In this document: positions 16,242-20,000 of the stretch, one piece after another
Numbering within the stretch: position 1 is the first letter of the stretch
Layout: each line of letters begins with the position of its first letter
IMG/VR virus record: IMGVR_UViG_3300042503_002084
Strand: one strand, 5' to 3'
Source of the DNA: an uncultured virus (IMG/VR IMGVR_UViG_3300042503_002084)
Taxonomy: Duplodnaviria > Heunggongvirae > Uroviricota > Caudoviricetes
DNA length: 20,000 nucleotides
Program-made: the position numbers and the translations under genes
The notes under the pieces: generated by a model
The model's input: only the letters and a program-made list of their open reading frames with translations
What the model was told of the DNA's origin: nothing
The model's database searches: none

Positions 16242-16499
16242 TTAATTAACGTGAAAAAATCTTTTAGCGATAGAGAACATTTTTAAATGTTTAATGCATT
16301 CATCATCGGCTCTACTTATGGCTTCATCTAAATCATTATTCACGATTGCTTGAACGAATGAACCACCTTGTAGTTCGTTGTCCCTAGTTAACATTATGGA
16401 AGCCATAACATGAATGATGTGCGATGATAGGTTTTTACCTTCTGTGTATCTTTCTGCGTTCTCTTTGGCTGCTGCCATGTACTTTTCAATAATAGTCAT
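16242..16499 (-). CDS. Phage hypothetical protein
   Basis: GGSFVQAIVNNDL..AI.RAD motif. Confidence 0.75.
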   Translation of the reverse strand: MTIIEKYMAAAKENAERYTEGKNLSSHIIHVMASIMLTRDNELQGGSFVQAIVNNDLDEAISRADDECIKHLKMFSIAKRFFHVN

Positions 16500-16546
16500 G
16501 ATATAAATTTTTGTAAAATTAAAAAACGATTTCTAAATGTTTTGTT

Positions 16547-16578
16547 AAAATGAGCAGCGGGTGTTACCCCGCCGCCCG
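16547..16578 (-). terminator. Rho-independent terminator
   Basis: GGGCGGCGGG-gtaaca-CCCGCTGCTC then ATTTT. Confidence 0.6.
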
Positions 16579-16583
16579 ATTAA

Positions 16584-16958
16584 TTAATCTGCTTCCACTT
16601 CTTGCGGCTGTCCGATGCGATCTTTGTACGCAGCGTACACCTGATCGATTCTGTCCCGCGTCTGTCTTACGAGGTCGCGGGTGTCCACTTCAACGTTGAT
16701 CGTTTTGTTGTAGTCCAGATCCAGTTCTGTTGCACCGTCGTAGTCATACGATTCGATCTCATCACGAACTTCATCTGTGATCTCTTTGATGAATGCATCT
16801 AGTGATCCGCTGTCGATCGCCGCATCTGGTATCGCTGCGATGTTGCCGGCCAGTTCCGTTAGAACCTGTAATACGTCTTGTTTGCTGTACAGGGATGGGA
16901 ATGAATTTTCTACATCATTGATCCTCCTGTTAAATAATTCTGCGATTTGCTGTTTCAT
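16584..16958 (-). CDS. Hypothetical acidic protein
   Basis: 124 aa; GC- and GATC-rich relative to neighbours. Confidence 0.8.
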   Translation of the reverse strand: MKQQIAELFNRRINDVENSFPSLYSKQDVLQVLTELAGNIAAIPDAAIDSGSLDAFIKEITDEVRDEIESYDYDGATELDLDYNKTINVEVDTRDLVRQTRDRIDQVYAAYKDRIGQPQEVEAD

Positions 16959-16978
16959 GTTCCGTTTTTTTAATAATG

Positions 16979-17039
16979 AATAATAGAATACAAATGTCGT
17001 AAGTTTAATAATACGAAGTTGTTAAGGAGTTGTTAAAGT
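16979..17039 (-). repeat. 61-bp promoter repeat, class 2, copy 1
   Basis: 58/61 identical to 17549-17609; contains a -7-like GACATTTG and phased TTAACA boxes. Confidence 0.85.
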
Positions 17040-17041
17040 CG

Positions 17042-17260
17042 TTACCATTCTTTAACAGATTTAACAACGTCGTTCCAGACCTGACAGCCCTTCTCGACTT
17101 CCTCACCTTCCCCATCAGTAATCTGGAATTCTGGAACATAGAATAAATTATCTTGTCCTTCGGTATGTGTGTCCTTGTTCCAGACAACACTATAAGTTTC
17201 TTCACCATCGGTGACATTAAATAATAATGTCACCAGTTCATCTAAATAAATTGCTTTCAT
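17042..17260 (-). CDS. Hypothetical protein
   Basis: Start moved to ATG 17260 (MKAIYLD). Confidence 0.7.
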   Translation of the reverse strand: MKAIYLDELVTLLFNVTDGEETYSVVWNKDTHTEGQDNLFYVPEFQITDGEGEEVEKGCQVWNDVVKSVKEW

Positions 17261-17264
17261 ATTA

Positions 17265-17528
17265 TTATGGTTTATTTGTCCATACAATTACGTCTGTGTT
17301 ATCAACGTAAACTTCCTCCGTTGGTTCGCCTCCGTTTTCATCAGGGCTAATTTGTTCAGCAGTTTCAAACATAGTTTCCCAGTCGTCGCTTAATACGTCG
17401 CTACTATTGGTATTACACATCTCAATTACTTTCGCCTTTGCTTCTTCCAAAGTTTTGGCTTCAATAGTAAAATTGTTTCTATACCAAATGGTATGTTTTT
17501 GGTCGAGGTGAAATTCAAATTCTGCCAT
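17265..17528 (-). CDS. Hypothetical acidic protein
   Basis: 87 aa; [10 protein letters not shown] motif (weak DpnD/PcfM-like resemblance). Confidence 0.75.
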   Translation of the reverse strand: MAEFEFHLDQKHTIWYRNNFTIEAKTLEEAKAKVIEMCNTNSSDVLSDDWETMFETAEQISPDENGGEPTEEVYVDNTDVIVWTNKP

Positions 17529-17548
17529 TGTTATTGTTTTTAGGTTTT

Positions 17549-17609
17549 AATAATAGAATACAAATGTCGGAAGTTAAGTAATACGAAGTTGTTAAGGAGT
17601 TGTTAAAGT
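17549..17609 (-). repeat. 61-bp promoter repeat, class 2, copy 2
   Basis: Direct repeat of 16979-17039 at a 570-bp offset. Confidence 0.85.
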
Positions 17610-17610
17610 G

Positions 17611-18006
17611 TTAAAGGTCTTTTGTGCAAAATTTTCTTAATTTATACCTGAACTCATCGTGCATACCATCTAGGTCATACACTTTTTTTGTTTCATCCAC
17701 ATTACCATCTTTATCTTCTGGATGGTAATACGCCACATCTACTTCAATCGTGTCAGTTAATTTATCTTCATCTGTCACCTCCAAGATATCCTGAACATCA
17801 AATCCTTTATATTCAAGATACTTAAATAATTTTTTACTACTTAACATGATTTCTTCTTTGGTTGCAAACGGGTTATCATTACCTTCCTCCCATGTGTCAT
17901 ACCATTGGGTTACTGCCATATTTTTTAAACCATTTAAAGTCCAGTAGGATATGTCGGATAACGTATCGTTCATATCAGTCATCTTATAAATTTTAATCGG
18001 GTGCAT
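17611..18006 (-). CDS. Hypothetical acidic protein
   Basis: 131-aa ORF between class 2 repeats. Confidence 0.7.
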   Translation of the reverse strand: MHPIKIYKMTDMNDTLSDISYWTLNGLKNMAVTQWYDTWEEGNDNPFATKEEIMLSSKKLFKYLEYKGFDVQDILEVTDEDKLTDTIEVDVAYYHPEDKDGNVDETKKVYDLDGMHDEFRYKLRKFCTKDL

Positions 18007-18010
18007 TGTG

Positions 18011-18057
18011 CAAAGTTTATTTATTAAGTAATACGAAGTTGTTAAGGGGTTGTTAAG
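18011..18057 (-). repeat. Promoter repeat, class 2, partial copy 3
   Basis: 18024-18057 matches 17574-17607 at 32/34; -7-like AAACTTTG at the same offset. Confidence 0.8.
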
Positions 18058-18767
18058 GTTTCTTCTTTCTTCTTTTTTTCTTCTGCTATTTTGTCGAGTT
18101 CATCTTTACGATATTCATCATACATCTTGATAATCTCTTGGATATCTTTATCGCTACAATATGAATAATCCGTTTTTATCTGTTCAATGGCATCATCATA
18201 GTTCTCCTCATCATCATCCGTTGTAATACCATAATCTTCCCACAAACTTTCTATTTGCCACACCAAGTAGCCCTCCCAGAAATAATCTTCATTATAAGTG
18301 TATTGTCCCTCACCAAAATCCAATGAATCGTGTATTACCCATTCTCCATCTATACACTTACCCTTGAAGTAAAAATCATTACCACCTTCTTCCGAATCCA
18401 TTTCAACTTCAACACCATATTCTTTGGTGAAGTTTTCAATAAACTCTTTGGGTGGTGACCACGCAGTATCGAAGTGTGCACTGAATCCTGCTTCCTCGCC
18501 ATCCTGCCAATCATCTAACGAACCCAAGAAATCATCTTTACTAATATCCCATTTAGTACCGAACCTACTAATGTTATGGTTGTACCATTCACCACCATCA
18601 TACTTGTCCCTATCTATGTTACCAAGTCCGATAAGTTCCTCGAAAACACCAATTCTTGTATTTTCTTTCACCTCATCAAATTGGATTAAGTTTACTTTGG
18701 TAAGTATTAAATCTATAATCCCTTTCTTACCCGTAACAACGATTGAATTTGAACACCAATTAGGCAT
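18042..18767 (-). CDS. DUF1281/YubB (Api92-like) ferredoxin-like domain protein with acidic tail
   Basis: MPNWCSN, WY......FGTKWD and FDTAWSPP motifs. Confidence 0.85.
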   Translation of the reverse strand: MPNWCSNSIVVTGKKGIIDLILTKVNLIQFDEVKENTRIGVFEELIGLGNIDRDKYDGGEWYNHNISRFGTKWDISKDDFLGSLDDWQDGEEAGFSAHFDTAWSPPKEFIENFTKEYGVEVEMDSEEGGNDFYFKGKCIDGEWVIHDSLDFGEGQYTYNEDYFWEGYLVWQIESLWEDYGITTDDDEENYDDAIEQIKTDYSYCSDKDIQEIIKMYDEYRKDELDKIAEEKKKKEETLTTP

Positions 18768-18781
18768 AGTGATAATTTTTA

Positions 18782-18813
18782 TGAAGTTAAAAATAATTTA
18801 TTAATGTAACAAA
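18782..18813 (-). promoter_or_regulatory. Bacteroidota-type promoter
   Basis: TTTG-N20-TAACTTCA. Confidence 0.6.
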
Positions 18814-18814
18814 A

Positions 18815-19261
18815 TTATTTAGGATTTGTTACAGATATAAAATTCACCAGAATATCCTTGCAAGAATCCGAAACGTAGTCCTCTTTTACCATCGTCTCTG
18901 CAACAGAATAGATATATGAATCGTCCAGTAGTGCTTCCCATACCAGACCTGATATGTCGCGATAATTTTCTCTGGCGTAATCATATAGGTTCAGGTTCAC
19001 GCCGTCTGGTACAAATAGTCCAGTATCGCCATAGTCACCAGCAATTACTATCTGGTCACCAGCCCACGAACCGACCACTTGTTTATCGCTGGTCAAATCA
19101 CCACCACCCCTTCCATTGCCAGACGCCAGAAGGATAGATAACCCCATCATAGAACCATATCGACCAGTTCCGAATTCCAGTAACTTTGCACCCTCACTAA
19201 AAGAATGTGGATGGATAAATTCACCTTTGGTAATGTTTACCAGTTTGTAGTATTGTCCCAT
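18815..19261 (-). CDS. Conserved phage hypothetical protein (MGQYY family)
   Basis: MGQYY, GAKLLE, GRGGGD and GSWAGD.IV..GDY motifs. Confidence 0.85.
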   Translation of the reverse strand: MGQYYKLVNITKGEFIHPHSFSEGAKLLEFGTGRYGSMMGLSILLASGNGRGGGDLTSDKQVVGSWAGDQIVIAGDYGDTGLFVPDGVNLNLYDYARENYRDISGLVWEALLDDSYIYSVAETMVKEDYVSDSCKDILVNFISVTNPK

Positions 19262-19280
19262 AGTTGTAAAGTTTAGACAG

Positions 19281-19337
19281 CAAAAATAAAATTAATTCTT
19301 GAAACCAAGAAAGTTGAAATGTTAAAATGCTGTTAAA
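19281..19337 (-). promoter_or_regulatory. Repeated early promoter, class 1 variant, with two TTTAACA boxes
   Basis: TTCTTGGTTTCAAGAATTAATTT-TATTTTTG; boxes at 19320 and 19331. Confidence 0.75.
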
Positions 19338-19374
19338 ACCATCCAGCCAGAATTCCTGCGGGACACCTGGGCTG

Positions 19375-19424
19375 GATCTGGTTCTAGATCTTCCCTGTGA
19401 TCTGGTCTGGATCACCTGCGGATC
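19375..19424. repeat. Five helically phased GATC sites in a GC-rich intergenic island
   Basis: GATC at 19375, 19387, 19399, 19410, 19421. Confidence 0.7.
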
Positions 19425-19487
19425 TGGCGAGCCGGGCCGGCCGGGCCTGAACAGGGAATACCTCCCAGGGTACAGAATACCAGGCAC

Positions 19488-19514
19488 AAAAAAACCCCTG
19501 GACGAATCCAGGGG
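19488..19514 (-). terminator. Rho-independent terminator
   Basis: CCCCTGGA-ttcg-TCCAGGGG then T7. Confidence 0.85.
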
Positions 19515-19538
19515 CCTGACACCAGCAAAACGGAATAA

Positions 19539-19913
19539 CTAACCCATCATTCCTTTTATCTTATGGACATTGCTAACAACCTTCTGCCCTTTTACTTTAT
19601 AGTTTTGATAACCGATAACGAATGAATCCGAATCCTTACCAATGAAGCAAAGACCTTCAACTTTCATACCATCATAGTTTACCTTCAACTTACGCATAAA
19701 GTCGTTGAAAGATAACTCTAACTTTTTACCAATCTTATCTGTTTTAGGGATTGGTGCATTCTCGATTCTATATGAAGTTCCGATTCGTGAGAATCTTAAT
19801 CTGTAAACAGATTTGTTAGTATCCTTCACAATAGATTCATCTAAACATTGTCTCATTTCGCCTAGCGATTTCTTTATAGATTCCGCAGTGGTCTTTCGTG
19901 GTTTTTGTACCAT
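19539..19913 (-). CDS. Hypothetical basic protein
   Basis: Start moved to ATG 19913 because 19943 lies within the promoter. Confidence 0.7.
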   Translation of the reverse strand: MVQKPRKTTAESIKKSLGEMRQCLDESIVKDTNKSVYRLRFSRIGTSYRIENAPIPKTDKIGKKLELSFNDFMRKLKVNYDGMKVEGLCFIGKDSDSFVIGYQNYKVKGQKVVSNVHKIKGMMG

Positions 19914-19942
19914 ATTGTTTTTATGTTTATGATTAAACATCA

Positions 19943-19973
19943 CAAAAGTAACATATGTTGATAACTTTACAAA
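19943..19973 (-). promoter_or_regulatory. Bacteroidota-type promoter, perfect consensus
   Basis: TTTG-N19-TACTTTTG. Confidence 0.75.
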
Positions 19974-20000
19974 ATAAATTTAGTTATTAACACTATATGA

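Noticed and set aside
16979..18057. CRISPR array or integron attC array
   Set aside because: The repeats are 450-570 bp apart, enclose whole genes and carry promoter elements. They lack the long attC inverted repeat, and no cas or intI gene is present.
1880..19137. Antisense or alternate-frame ORFs (e.g. 1880, 2043, 3298, 3384, 4955, 6267, 7151, 9006, 10619, 10822, 11676, 14477, 14716, 16602, 17005, 18424, 18916)
   Set aside because: Shadow ORFs overlapping better-supported genes
19221..19542. ORFs 19221..19487 (-) and 19327..19542 (+)
   Set aside because: Low-complexity P/G/R translations crossing a terminator and a promoter
1..20000. Stop-codon reassignment
   Set aside because: Genes tile densely under the standard code, and TAA, TAG and TGA all terminate intact genes

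Overview
This looks like a segment of a large lytic dsDNA phage of a Bacteroidota host. The evidence is dense small ORFans, TTTG-N19-20-TAnnTT(T/Y)G promoters, A-rich leaders without a Shine-Dalgarno site, and GP88/DUF3846/DUF1281/DUF6915-type genes. No structural, replication or tRNA genes were seen. Two arms converge on a ~650-bp GC-rich non-coding junction (8278-8926). The left arm (+ strand, 1-8277) carries the end of an FG-GAP/VCBS protein, a run of small hypothetical genes, an HEXXH protein with an N-terminal MKKIIITE motif, an LpxH-like metallophosphoesterase and a GT2 glycosyltransferase. The right arm (- strand, 8927-20000) is a putative early/host-takeover region built from 1-3-gene cassettes, each headed by a repeated promoter. 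The most striking unexplained signal is the heptamer GT(C/A)ATAC. By manual count it occurs 11 times in the junction and about 29 times inside the early arm in several reading frames, but never in the first 8.4 kb. The junction also holds two DnaA boxes and four GNA/GNNA-loop hairpin modules, and an unannotated 59-aa AP2-like DNA-binding gene lies nearby. Other signals are 11-bp-phased TTAACA boxes upstream of early promoters, an operator-like palindrome in the promoter spacers, gene-by-gene GATC mosaicism and a helically phased GATC array. All family calls come from motif recognition by eye, and all counts are manual.
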